Part shown: one piece after another, positions 25,395-37,877 of the stretch
Layout: each line of letters opens with the position of its first letter
Numbering within the stretch: position 1 is the stretch's first letter
Source: the human T2T-CHM13v2.0 reference genome, Homo sapiens
Assembly (NCBI RefSeq): GCF_009914755.1
Contig: NC_060925.1
DNA length: 64,000 nt
Strand: one strand, 5' to 3'
Position numbers and translations under genes: made by a program
Notes under the pieces: model-generated
What the model saw: only the letters and a program-made list of their open reading frames with translations
Database searches by the model: none
Told to the model about the DNA's origin: nothing

Positions 25395-25772
25395 TGTTAT
25401 GAACTGATTTGTGTCCTTCTGAAAAATGTGGAAGCCGTGACCCTCAATGTGACTTTATTTGGAGATAGATTCCTTAAGGAGGTAATTAAGGTTAAATGAG
25501 GTCATAAGCTTGGGCTGTAATCCAGTGTGCCTGGTGTCCTTACACGAAGACAGAGAAACACCAGGAATGCACATGCACAGAGAAAAGGCCCTGTGAGGAC
25601 ATAATGGGAATACAGCCGTCTACAAGCTAGGAAGAGGCCTCCGGAGAAACCACCACTGCCGGCACCTTGATCTTAGACCACCAGCCTCCAGAACTACGAG
25701 AAAATAAAGTCATGCTGTTTAAGACACCCAGTCTGTGGCATTTTGTTATGGCGCTCCTATCAGACAAAGACA
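25395..25772 (+). mobile_element. MLT1A/MLT1B-type solo LTR
   Basis: tgttatgaactgatttgtgtcc...gtaattaaggttaaatgaggtcata...caccttgatcttagac..cagcctccagaact...ttttgttatggc. Confidence 0.9.
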
Positions 25773-27027
25773 CTGACCGAGTCAAAAATTTGGTAACTAA
25801 AGATTGAAAGAGAAGGTCTGAGAAATGTAAAAGCCAGACAGAATGCTAATGAAATATTTCCAGAGCAGGAAAGTGTATGTTTTAGGTTCTCCCAGTGCCC
25901 ATTCATTTTTTTTGCCATAAAATTTTTGCCATAAGTTCCTAGTATGATCCATCTGCATAAATGTACCTTACATTTATTTCATGTTAGGTGTATTGCATGT
26001 GGTTAAAGAGGTAAAGATCTACCTTTCTAGTTGTAGCAACATTTGGTGACAAAATAGCAAGTACTATAAACATGGAAAAGATCGATTTGATTTGTAAACC
26101 AAATTATATACCTTTTAATTTTAAGATTCCAACTCAGCTCATGAATCTTTCATGTTTGGTAATATCCTATACATTAGAGATTTAAATTTTGTTGTGGTGT
26201 AACAGTGTCTGTATATGTTCAATTTCCATTACCCTTAATGAGTGTTCTGCTCAAACTGGTTTGTAAAAAGTTCACAGAGTGAACTGAATTTTGATTTTAT
26301 GTAAAAGTGAGATGCATCTCGTCATACCTAGAGCAGCAAACAGAAGATAAAATGCATATTCTAACAGTATACCCATTTTTAACTACAGAAAAATAATTGA
26401 CTAGATATCTACTCCAGTTTTAGGAAGTACAAATTATTCAATTTATAAAACTTTGAAGATAAGGTACCATAATTTACAGACAACTTATTTGATCCAAATC
26501 TTGCTTGAACTGTAGTTTTACACTGAGTAACTTTCCTAATCTGTGCTCTAGTTTGTCAATTTTGTTGTCCACTCTAACAAGAAAGATAGTCAGTGATGCA
26601 TAATAATATCAGGTTTGTGGATTTGAAGAGATTTAACATACTGGGGGAAAAAAAACTGCTCTTAAAGTATATCATTTATATAAACTTGTTTAACTGATTT
26701 ATTTTTCTTAAGACATAGGAATAAATAGCTGGTGACCACTTCTAAATTTGGCTCAACCATGTATACTTCCTATCATTACTGAAGGTTATATTCATTATAA
26801 AATATTTGGTGGATGCTTTCCAACTGGAATGTACCAAAATATTATTCCTTTGTATCTTATTTATAGGCTTTGGTATTCAGTTGTGAAATGTATATTGCCA
26901 AGTTCTCCTTTCACACCATACTGCAAAGGAAAATAAGCTCTAAAAGGGAGGAGCATCTCTTTTTTATTAGTAGCTTCACAAAATAAAATTAGAGGTTCAT
27001 TGATTATAGTTTAAAACACTATATTAC

Positions 27028-27478
27028 TGTAACTGTTCCAGACTGATCTGTAACAATGTTGAGTTGTTATTCAGTTATTATGGACCCCCAGGTTGAAGGT
27101 CACATAATCTAAGCATGCCCAGATGAACCAAGTATTCAATCACAGGTGGAACCTAAGTGCTTGAATCAGGAAACCGAACTAAGAAGTGGACACCACATGG
27201 CAGGATCCAGGATCCAATCTGGTTGAGCCCTGGCATTGTCCCATGAGAGGATCCAGTCAGATCATGCCTGCTGGCATCCCTTCATTGCAAGATCCAATCA
27301 GATCACACCTCATTACCATATGCTTATAAAACCTGATCTAGCCCCTAGCTCTGGATGACCATTTCCTCTGACTACCTGCCAGTGGACTCAATAAACCTTT
27401 CTCCTGCAAAAACCCAGTGCTTCGGTGTTTGGCTTTCTCTTGTGCATGTACAAACAGATGCAGTTTGTTTAGGTAACA
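27028..27478 (+). mobile_element. LTR47-type ERVL solo LTR
   Basis: agcatgcccagatgaaccaag...ggaacctaagtgc...ggcaggatccaggatccaatc...gatccaatcagatcacacctcattacc..tgcttataaaacc; tgtaac...taaca termini. Confidence 0.8.
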
Positions 27479-28057
27479 TTATGTGGATGGGTGGATGGAC
27501 AGATAGGAGAATGATGGAATGGATAATTCATGAATTTTAGCATGTGTGCTTCTACCTCAGTGTTTTAAAAAGGTCACATAAGGCAATAAAACTTCTTGAA
27601 GTAAACAGAATGTTATATAATCAGAACTGATTTTAATATAATAGAGTACCAGCTATGTAAATACTTTACCTGAATTAATAACTATTGGTGATTTTGTCTT
27701 ACCAAGAAGATAAAATTGTCTCTAAATGCCAGTTTGGAATTATTCTTGAGGAATTTTCTAGATGTAAGGATATAGTAGCAGCTAAATATGTAATCATTTA
27801 AATTTAACAAAACACATGTTTATCATGAATATTATATCATTTAATAGGAAGAAAAAATTAAGGATATATATTAAACAAGTAAAATGTTGGTCAATTAACA
27901 CTCGGAAAAATAATTATTTTCCTTAGAGAAATCATTGTGTTTTCTGGTTACTCTCTTGTCTAATAAACTTTCAGACTTTAATCAATAATTAAATATCAAC
28001 CTAAAAGGATTTCTTTATAGCATATATCTTTTGTGTCAGTTTAAGTATGTAAACGAT

Positions 28058-28380
<323 letters not shown>

Positions 28381-30039
28381 AGTATGTAAACTATTTACTT
28401 ATTATAAGTATGAATTTTGATTAAGATGGTAGGTGGTTTATATCATATTGTATATAGAGGTCATAAATCTACTTTTGATACCTGTGAAATGGATATCCAC
28501 TATCTCTCTCTTACACACACACATGCACACACAGAACACATGCACAGTCTTTTTATCTCTCTATTCAGTATTCCTTCACAGTAGTTCCCACTGAAATAAC
28601 ACTCTATAGGCCAAGGAAATTGGTATCCAATTAAGATGAATTCATTTTGTATCTAAAATTGAGTCCTATTGTGTTAACACTGAAACAGCTTTAGAAATAA
28701 ATTTTGAATATTCCACTAATCATACATAAAAGAATACCTGTGGCACACTAATGATCTAGTCTTCTCAGAATGGCATTATATGCAATTCCTGTTTCTTGGC
28801 AGTTTTGACAGTGTAATTCTCTTTCTTCATGGACATCCAAGTTTATAGAATAATTTCAAGTATATCTATCTGTTTTTTGATTCTATCAAAATAAATTGTA
28901 TTAACTTTTCACATGACCAGGCATGGTTCTTAGTGATGTGATGATTTATTTATACCATAATCTATAACCCAGGATAATTAATAGTGAACCTCATGTTACA
29001 GACATACATTTAAGACTTTTTTAAAAAATTAATACCATTGAAAATAAAAATGTATTTAATATTTAAAATATTATATCACTGAATTATATAAACTGAAAGC
29101 TGATCCTCAGATTACTGATCTTTTAAATATAATCTACAAAGGAAAGTAGATTGGCTGCATTAATTAAATTTGCTTCAAGGTTTCTGGAGGTATTCAATAA
29201 CTTTTTTAAATTATAGCTTAATGTTTCTTTCTTGCACTTGCAAAATTGAAATTTCTCTCCTAATGGCTTTCTTGTACTTGTTCTCTCTTTTCCCCTAAAG
29301 AGTCGTAGGAGTAGTAGGATTCTAATTTAAAGTCCTGTCAATATTAGATATCAATAGTAATTTGGTGAAAAAAGTTTTCATGTTTAATACTATAATTTCC
29401 CATGTTTCAATTTTATTGCTTCATGTAGTAGAAGTTTTGGAAATGATAAAAAATAGAGAGCTATATTTATGAAGTAATAAAAATGTATAGATTCTAAACT
29501 CATCTTTTTGATAAAAACAGTAAAATATAAGGTTTAAAAAATTAAGTTCTATGACAACATGACATTAAAACCCAGACTAACGCCATGTATGTGAACATTA
29601 GTATTGGCAATCCCTGACTCCACCATAAAGTCAAGGAAAATATATAACATGTCATATAAACTCATCCAACTACATTGTGGTTGTGTTTCTTTGATACTTG
29701 TTATCTACTAACTATATTAAACAAAAGTCTAGTTGATTTTATGGCATGGGAGACAGCATATTAGGAAATTAAGATGTTTCAAAAATTAAGTTATATTGGT
29801 TTATAATAAAGGTATTAAGTTTATGCTATCTCTACCTTTAGAATGTTTTTTTCATTTTATGTAAACATGTCCATCCTTGAAACTTCTAAAAGCCCATGAC
29901 CTAAAGCCCAATCTCTGTTTGCATTTCTTTTATGTAGTCCCATAAAAGTAAGTGGAACATAGTTTTTATTAACAACTAGAGAACAGCACCTAAAAATTAA
30001 ACAGAAGATTCAATTCTCAAAGTTCTCATCAGCAACATA

Positions 30040-30248
30040 AGAAATGAAAAATAGAACCACAGGCATATCTGAAAAAATCCAAATGGAACTGCTAGAAAAG
30101 TGTTTATTGAAATGAGAAAAAAAGTCAGACATGTTGAATATTCTATTAGACTAAGATGAAGAAACAATACATGAAATGAAAGCTAAATCAAAAGAAATCA
30201 TCCAGTGAACAGCAAGAAAAAAATGGAAAATATTAAAAATAAGTTAAT
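30040..30248 (+). mobile_element. Old L1M ORF1-region fragment
   Basis: aaaaaatccaaatggaactgctagaaa...attgaaatg...attagactaagatgaagaaacaatacatgaaatgaaag...aagaaatcatccag, typical of L1M ORF1. Confidence 0.7.
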
Positions 30249-30419
30249 GTATATTCTACTAATTCTACCAATATTGCCATTAATTTGAATATATATTCCA
30301 GCCTATAAAATATTCAATTTAATGGCAATATTAGTAGAATAACAAGTATCCCAAATTAGGTCAGTACATATGTACTTTTCTTTCAATAATCTTATTTTAG
30401 ATGTCAATAATCTAGGAAT

Positions 30420-31315
30420 GTAAATCAATGTTCATCCAGGCAAAAAATTTAGTTGTTGTTTTGGCTTACCTGTCACCATCCCCATTAGAGTTTGCTAATA
30501 TATGCCTGCTACCAGTGATGAACCCTTATAAAATATTCTTCTTTATCATCCACTCAAAAAAGACCTTAGTGCCAGTGTGGAATGTCCCCTCTCTCATCCC
30601 ACTTTTGCACTATGTTTGATAAGTCTCCTATTTCTTTTGAGTCTACCACTGAAATATCTTTCAAAGGGGTCTTTTCCTGTTTCCACAACCACTTCCTCAG
30701 TTGGAAACCCTAACCTTTTTTCTATGTTAGCATTTCAAACACTGTCCTCAAAATTAGTGTCTTCTTCACTCTGTAGTCCTTCTCTCCCCCAGTATTCCTC
30801 TGTGTCACAAGCTTTGCTTTCTGAAACAAATGTAAACATTGTGCTCTCCTGCTTAAGAAGTTTTCAATAGCTCCTATAGATTTTAGAAAAAGTCCAAACT
30901 CCTCAGTTAGTCTTATTTCTTGTCAGTCACTTATGCAAAAAGCAAACTCTTAATATGAATGTGTTATATGTTTTCTAGCCTCTCTTACTTAGTATTGAAA
31001 TAGACTTTCCTACTTCCACACATGGCACATTCCTATTTCTATTTTACAATCCAGCTCTAATATGATCTCCTTAGTTATAAGGATCCCTAATATAACAGTC
31101 TGAATTTATTATATCTTTTGTAATCCTATTATATTTTGCTTTTTGTACATTCCTCAAGTATACCTTTAAAATACTGTGCTGTAAGGAGACTACATTATTC
31201 ATCTCCATCACCAGATGTTTGAATATGGTGAGTACTGGAGATGTCTTAATCATCACTGAATTTCTAATACCTAGTATAGTCACAGAAACATAGGTGATTA
31301 AATAGGAAATATTTT
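30420..31315 (+). mobile_element. L2
   Basis: ctgaaatatctttc...ctttctgaaacaaatgtaaacattgtgctctcctgcttaagaagttttcaatagctcc...aaagtccaaactcctcag...acctagtatagt. Confidence 0.75.
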
Positions 31316-31896
31316 TCTCATGCCGGGGGACAGCTCTTAAAATACTTATGCTAATAAAATAGTGTTCAAAATCAACACAATATGCAATTTACAAATAAAG
31401 TTTATTTGCAGACAGACCTGCATGAAAAGTGGATCTAATATACTTTTCCTATAGCCATCAATTATCTGGGTGAACAGTTTCACAAACAAAATCCTAGAGA
31501 AATAAAAGCAATTATATTTCAATATAATCTTTCCCTCAGAATAAAAGCTGAGAAAAAAATAATGGGTTTGATCTAGCCTCTGAAGGAACTGGATCTGGGC
31601 TCTCTGTGTAACACAAAGGCTGAGAGTCTTCTGGCTAGCAAAGGCATCGATCTGAGCTTGATTCTCAGCACTCCTGTCCTTCGGTTTATAGAAAGAGAAC
31701 TCCCTTTGTGTTGCTAATAGCATGATCTGCCAATGCGGTCTCATTCAATTATTGTTAAATAATTGGTGGGGAAATATGCCTAGATTCTCCATCCACATAC
31801 AGATAATAGTCACAAATTAATCACCATCTTGTGTCTTGTACTACTTTATGAAGAAATACATTTATGTACTTTATTTATAAATTTTGGTTTAGCTGC

Positions 31897-32318
31897 TGTC
31901 CAATCTGTTCCCTTAGACACAGACTTCAAGATAGAGATTTGTATATAGGACATTTATTGGGGAATGCTCCTGGCATTAAACACCTATGTGAGGGAGGAAA
32001 AGGATGCAGGATTGAGTCAAGGGAGAATGTGAGCAGTGATACAGTCCAAAGAAGACCTTAAGCTAACTTCATGGGGAGCCATGGAGTCAGGATAGGCCTT
32101 CATAGTTATTCTCATTTGGGTCAAGGTCACCAGGCCTTTATGTGCCTTCTGAGGATCGATCAATAGATGAAGACTTTCACAGATGGGTGTCTGACCTTCA
32201 GCAAGGCAGCTTTGTGGGCTGACACTAAGGGCCATCTTTCATCAGAACTCCTAGGAGTTAGAGGAGTATGTTTCATTCCTAAAAATGATCTAGGTAATGC
32301 ATCAATTATAGTCACTAA
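31897..32318 (-). mobile_element. LTR16A-type ERVL LTR
   Basis: agacttcaagatagagatttg...tttattggggaatgctc...acacctatgtgagggagg...gcaggattg...aggcctttat...gcaaggcagct. Confidence 0.8.
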
Positions 32319-32941
32319 ATTTTGATTTGCTTGTGCTCTGTGATTATTTCCTCTATTATCTCTCTATGTATCTGTGCAACGATCTATTTTAAAGTATTAA
32401 GGGGAGATAAGGAGATGTTTATAGCTAAGAAAACTTAGCAACACTGTAAGGACTTTGTAATTATAATTACAAGAAATGCACAATGTGATACATAAATTTA
32501 AAATAATATTTACATTTTTAACAAACAACATATTGATTTCATGTTCAATGCTACATATATACTTTCTTAAACTATGTCAATAATAATACAGTGTTCAAAT
32601 AAACCAGCTCATGGTCAAAGTTTTCTTTTTTAAAAATAGATAGATGGACTCAAGATTACTTAAGCTACAGCTTGGAAAGAGATATCCTTAAGATTCATTA
32701 GATGGCTACTGCAGTAAATCATTTTTTTTCCAAAAAAAAATAAAAAACAAGAAGATACATAAGAAAGAAAAATGGAAAATAATGACATAGCTGTAGGATT
32801 TTATATGATACTGAGCCAAAAGAAAGACAAAATAATATCACAGAATGACAAATGATACTGGATGCAGGAATATAGAAATACAAAAGTTTTGAGATTAAAA
32901 ATGGAAGCTTAAATATATCAGGTAGCATATTAAGAAAATAA

Positions 32942-33110
32942 AATCTTTCATCAATTCTATGATACGCTATTTCATATTTTATCACCTCTGAAATTAGGAT
33001 TGAATTTAGAATTAAGGGTCATTAAACTGGACCCTTTGTTTTCCTTTCATGGTGATACATAAAACAATATGTCTTATAATAGATGACATCTTGGATTTGA
33101 TGAAATATGT
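32942..33110. mobile_element. MER104-like (TcMar-Tc2) non-autonomous DNA transposon
   Basis: Imperfect TIRs tttcatcaattctatgat / atcttggatttgatgaaa; internal cctctgaaattaggat and tacataaaacaat..gtcttataatagatgacatctt. Confidence 0.7.
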
Positions 33111-33409
33111 TATTAGCTCCAAAACTGATAGAGGAAAAAACAGACTGAAAGGGTCTGATAAACGTATGAATGACTATGTTGATACTCCTAATATTCGTCT
33201 GTTGGTCAGTTGATTATAATTCAGGATATAGTTTTCCATATAAGAATTGCTACAAAATAATTGTTACAATTCCACGTGCCTCAAATATTTATATAGTTTA
33301 GTTATACTTATATTAATATTATTCTTTATCATCATTTTTATGTGCGAATATATCACATATATCAGTTGGGAAAGGAAAAAATGTGTATCTCTGTCCACTG
33401 CTGTTCCAG

Positions 33410-33514
33410 GTTTTATCGGCACTACACCATTTTTCCCTCTCGGTCATGGCACTGAAAAAGGACTTTTGCTATACTCCTACTTCTACGTCATTAAAAAAGC
33501 GTTGACTTTTCGAC
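33410..33514 (+). other. FOXP2: 105-nt internal spliced exon, probably an upstream 5'-UTR exon of FOXP2
   Basis: Acceptor tctctgtccactgctgttccAG|G and donor GAC|GTAAGT; five CpGs in 105 nt against a CpG-depleted background; non-repetitive. The exon structure is seen directly (about 0.75). The FOXP2 assignment is from recall of the transcript sequence and was not searched. Confidence 0.55.
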
Positions 33515-34784
33515 GTAAGTGAAAGTTATGAATTTGACAAGTATTATTTGAGAATGATACAATAAACTCCTATAATACCTATTCAAAAACTGTGATTAAG
33601 CATAATTTTATTAAAATTATTAATGCCTCATGAACTTTCCCAATGTGCTTTTATTTTTACTTCATTCTATATTTTCAAATATGCCTCTATACAGTATTGA
33701 ATTTGCAAAACATAAATTATCACTCATATTGTAGAACCAAAGAAAATGATGATTTCTCCATTTTTTGGTCTTACAATGTTTTATTTTAAATTCAGTTATG
33801 ATTTCAAACAAGTCTTTTTCCTCTCTTAATGTTTCTAATATAAATAGGTGGGAATCGTTTTCAGCATCTGGTTCACATAGTACATATTTTATCTGACATT
33901 TCTAAATGCAATTTTAAGGACATAAATAAAGACAACCTTTAGCTTAAAATATTGTAGCTTTTATTAATCTTATTCCCAACTGATATGACACTTGAACCAT
34001 GGAATAAAATAACTTAGCAATTTTCCTAATAAATTAATTTTAAACAATTTTAGATGTTTTTGGAAACATTACAATATTTCAAACCACCACATAGATATAG
34101 AGAAGCTTAGTAAATATTTATGTTTACAAGTTATTTTGTAATTAAAGTTTTGAAAATATACAGGGAGCAAATAGATGGTACAGTTTTTACAATTTCTTGA
34201 AAGAAGGTGGCTTTTTCTCTGTTTTATTTAAAGGCATGCTTACCCATAGTGTTACAGAAAACAGGCAAGTCAGTCTAGTGAGGTAGAGTCCTTTTACTCT
34301 AAATTCTAATTTACTAAAAACAGCTTAAAATTGTCCTTCAAGCATTACACAATGTAGATATTAAGACTATATACTGGAATTAAAACTACTAATATGTAAA
34401 CTGGCTTCTATGTTTCAAAACAAGAAAAATTCTGAGCTCTCAGGCACAATTTAAAAAATATTTCAGCAGTGTCAAGCTGTGAAGCATCTACAGCTCATCT
34501 GCATATCCTAATTTTCATCCAAGTTTTTATGGTGCTGACCATCTGGATGAATGAATGCTACAGATGACTACCCAGGTCCTTTCAACAGAAGCTAAAGTTA
34601 TGCCTGCTGCTATGAAAAAGTATATTTTGGTTTAGCCTTAGGAAGTCCATTTGTCAACATGCTGGAAAGTGGAAATGTGCCTGGGTATGTTGAATATAGA
34701 ATTTCTCCTCTACATATTAACTTATGTTTCCTTTAGCCCTGTGAACAAGAGCATCAGTTCCGTTCCTGATAATTGGTGAAAAAA

Positions 34785-34970
34785 TTACAGAACTAAGATC
34801 GGAGTAAGAGTTCTTGGATTGGTTTAGAACTTAACACTTCTCTGGGTGGTTGTTGTTGATTTTTGCAAATCTCAAACTCTATGAACTCCAATGTCTTCAC
34901 ATTTCATGGGGATAACAATAGCTAACAAGACTGTTATACAAATCAAACCAAATAATATAAGTAAAACAGA
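34785..34970 (+). mobile_element. MIR (diverged)
   Basis: gcaaatctcaaactctatgaactccaatgtcttcacatttcatggggataacaatagcta...aaataatata. Confidence 0.55.
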
Positions 34971-35067
34971 AGCAGAAGCTGTTTATAAATATCGATAACC
35001 TTAATATACTCTTATAAGCCTGATCAAGAAAATAGAGAAGCATTTGTTACAACTAGATGTAGCCATA

Positions 35068-35415
35068 TGCAATGGACTGAATATTTGTGTCCCTCCCAAA
35101 TTCATATGTTGGAATCTTAATGTGACAGTATTAGGGACTTTGGGGAGGTGATTGTGTCATAAGGGTAGAGTCCTCATGATAGGAATTAGTGCCTCTATAA
35201 AAGAGACCCTGGAGAGTTAGCTTCTTTCACGATGTGAAGATAATAGTGCAAATACAGCCATTTACGAACAAGGAAACAGACCCTCGCAAGACACCAAATT
35301 TGCCTACACCTTGATCTTGGGCTTCCCAGCCTCCAGAACTATGATAAATACATTTCTGTTGCTTATAAGCTATCCAATTTATGGCATTTTGTCATAACAG
35401 CTTGAACAGAGTACA
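35068..35415 (+). mobile_element. MLT1A-type solo LTR
   Basis: tgcaatggactgaatatttgtgtccctcccaaattcatatgttg...caccttgatcttgggcttcccagcctccagaact. Confidence 0.9.
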
Positions 35416-35449
35416 ACAGAAACATTCCCCCCCATCCCCACCCCCCCTG

Positions 35450-35721
35450 CCTCACCAACCTCATTCTCAGATCTGAATTACACCACTGGTGATGCTATTC
35501 TCCGGCTGGCTGACAGTATATCTTGATCTTCCATAACAAGTGAGCCAATTTCTACGATAATATAATCAGTCTCCATATATATGTGTCCGTGTGTGCGTAT
35601 GTGTGTGTATGTATATGTGTGTACATACATATATACACACATGCGTGCACACGCGCACACACACACATACTGTATCCATATGCTATTGGCTCTGTTTCTC
35701 TGAAGAATCTTGACTAATACA
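35450..35721 (+). mobile_element. MLT2 LTR 3' part with internal (TG)/(CA) microsatellite
   Basis: ctgaattacaccactgg...ccataacaagtgagccaatttc...ctattggctctgtttctctgaagaatcttgactaataca. Confidence 0.85.
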
Positions 35722-35819
35722 TTATATAACAAAGTTTGTCAATGGGAGGAAAGCAAAACTGGTATTTAATGTCTACAAAAATGAATACAAGAAAATGTGT
35801 GCTTTTTTCTCATTTATCC

Positions 35820-36124
35820 TTTTTTTTTTTTTTTTTTTTTTTGGAAAACAGAGTGTCGGTCTGTTGCTAGGCTGCAGTGCAGTGGCACAATCTTGGCTCA
35901 CTGCAACCTCCGCCCCCTGGGTTCAAGTGATTCTCCTGCCTCAGCCTCCTGAATAGGTAGGTCTACAGGTGCCCGCCACCATGCCCGTCTAATTTTTGTA
36001 TTTTTAGTAGAGAAAAGGTTTCTACCATGTTGGCCAGGATGATCTGGATCTTTTGACTTTGTGATCCATCCGCCTCGGCCTCCCAAAGTGCTGGGATTAC
36101 AGACATGAGCCACCGTGCCCGGCC
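35820..36124 (-). mobile_element. AluSc-like
   Basis: Poly-T then antisense dimer with Sc-type tgttgctaggct and ggatgatctggatc. TSD ctcatttatc. Confidence 0.95.
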
Positions 36125-36439
36125 CTCATTTATCTATTTTTATGTTAAAGGAACACGAATGTGATGTATGCAACCGGAGCACTCATGTTGAACAATGGGA
36201 TGTCATCAATGTGTTGAAGATGGTGGAACAAGATAGAATGAGCCAGTGTTTTTTAGAGGTGGAGGGGACTTTCTATCACTTGCAGCTAGACCCAATGTTA
36301 ACTGAACCACATCACTGAAGCTCCCTTTTTCTTGTCATAAAACTTCTACCAAAAGAAGTTATAAGGAAAATAAAATCAAACCTTTGCCATCTCAGGGTAA
36401 ATCTGACTTACTGAATAATTACTTTAAAATTGTATTTTT

Positions 36440-36759
36440 GCTGGGTGCAGTAGCTCATGCCTGTAATCCCAGCACTTCGGGAGGCTGAAGTTGGGGTATG
36501 GCTTGTGCCCAAGAGTTTGAGACCAGGCTGGGCAACACACTGAAACTCTGTCTCTACAATAAATAAATAAATAAATAAATAAATATATAAATAAATAGGC
36601 CGGTGCAGTGGCGCATGCCTGTAGTCCCAGGTCCTAGGGAGGCTGAGGTGGGAGGAACATTTGATCCTGGGAGGTTGAGGCTGCAGTAAGCCCTGAACTT
36701 GCTATTGCTCTCCAGCAAGTGATAGAGAGAGGCCCTGTCTCAAATAAAAAAAAGAAAAA
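36440..36759 (+). mobile_element. AluJ
   Basis: Dimer with (TAAA)n linker; J-type gaggttgaggctgcagt. Confidence 0.93.
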
Positions 36760-37567
36760 GGGGATGAAAATTTCCCAAATCAAGCACAAAGAATTAAAAG
36801 TGAAATTACCTGAAAAGAACAGTCAACAACCCCTAGAAATTAGGATAAAGCATCAATTGATTTGTATTTCGGTACAATTGTAGTATAGTAAATAATTTCA
36901 AATAATCAGAACAAAGTGGAAATATGGAACGATGAATGACTACCCTGCTGAAAAGATGCATATTCTTTGTGTATTAGGTTGGAACTAACATTGTCTTGGT
37001 TCAAGAAAGTATAATTCTGATATTGTTGTCCATTAGTCAGTCAGCCTGGTTTTTCATCCATAATCAACTAGTAGTACTAATTTATTACTCCCTAAATTAA
37101 CCTAAAGAGTTATCTAAGTCAAATAGTAAAAAATCAGACACAGCAGAGATGTGAAGTATAGTGTATTTGCATGTAAACATCAAACCAGAAAAAGCAGCTA
37201 TAGCACCGTAATATCTCAGTGAGTTCACCTTACTAAAAGGCCACAAAAATGACTAAAAACATTCTGAACACACTATCTTTCAACCTTTTACCTTTGAGCT
37301 AAAAAATTTCATTAAAATTCATACATGGCTTTTGAAAAGCACATGCACATAAACTAAATGTTCACACACACATACAAACACTCTAACCTTGAAGTCTAAA
37401 CTTTTATGAATCTATTTTTGCTGTTAGATATGTGTTTACAAATTCCACTGATACCAGTGGGAAGAATATGTATTACATGTAAAAATTCAGCAACTGTCAT
37501 TGCAAATTAAAAGTGATATAAATATATGTATATTAATTATCATATACACTCATATATATATATATAT

Positions 37568-37877
<310 letters not shown>

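Noticed and set aside
33247-33522. 91-aa ORF overlapping the exon
   Set aside because: Starts at a TTG in AT-rich intronic sequence and reads across both splice sites; only the exon portion is meaningful.
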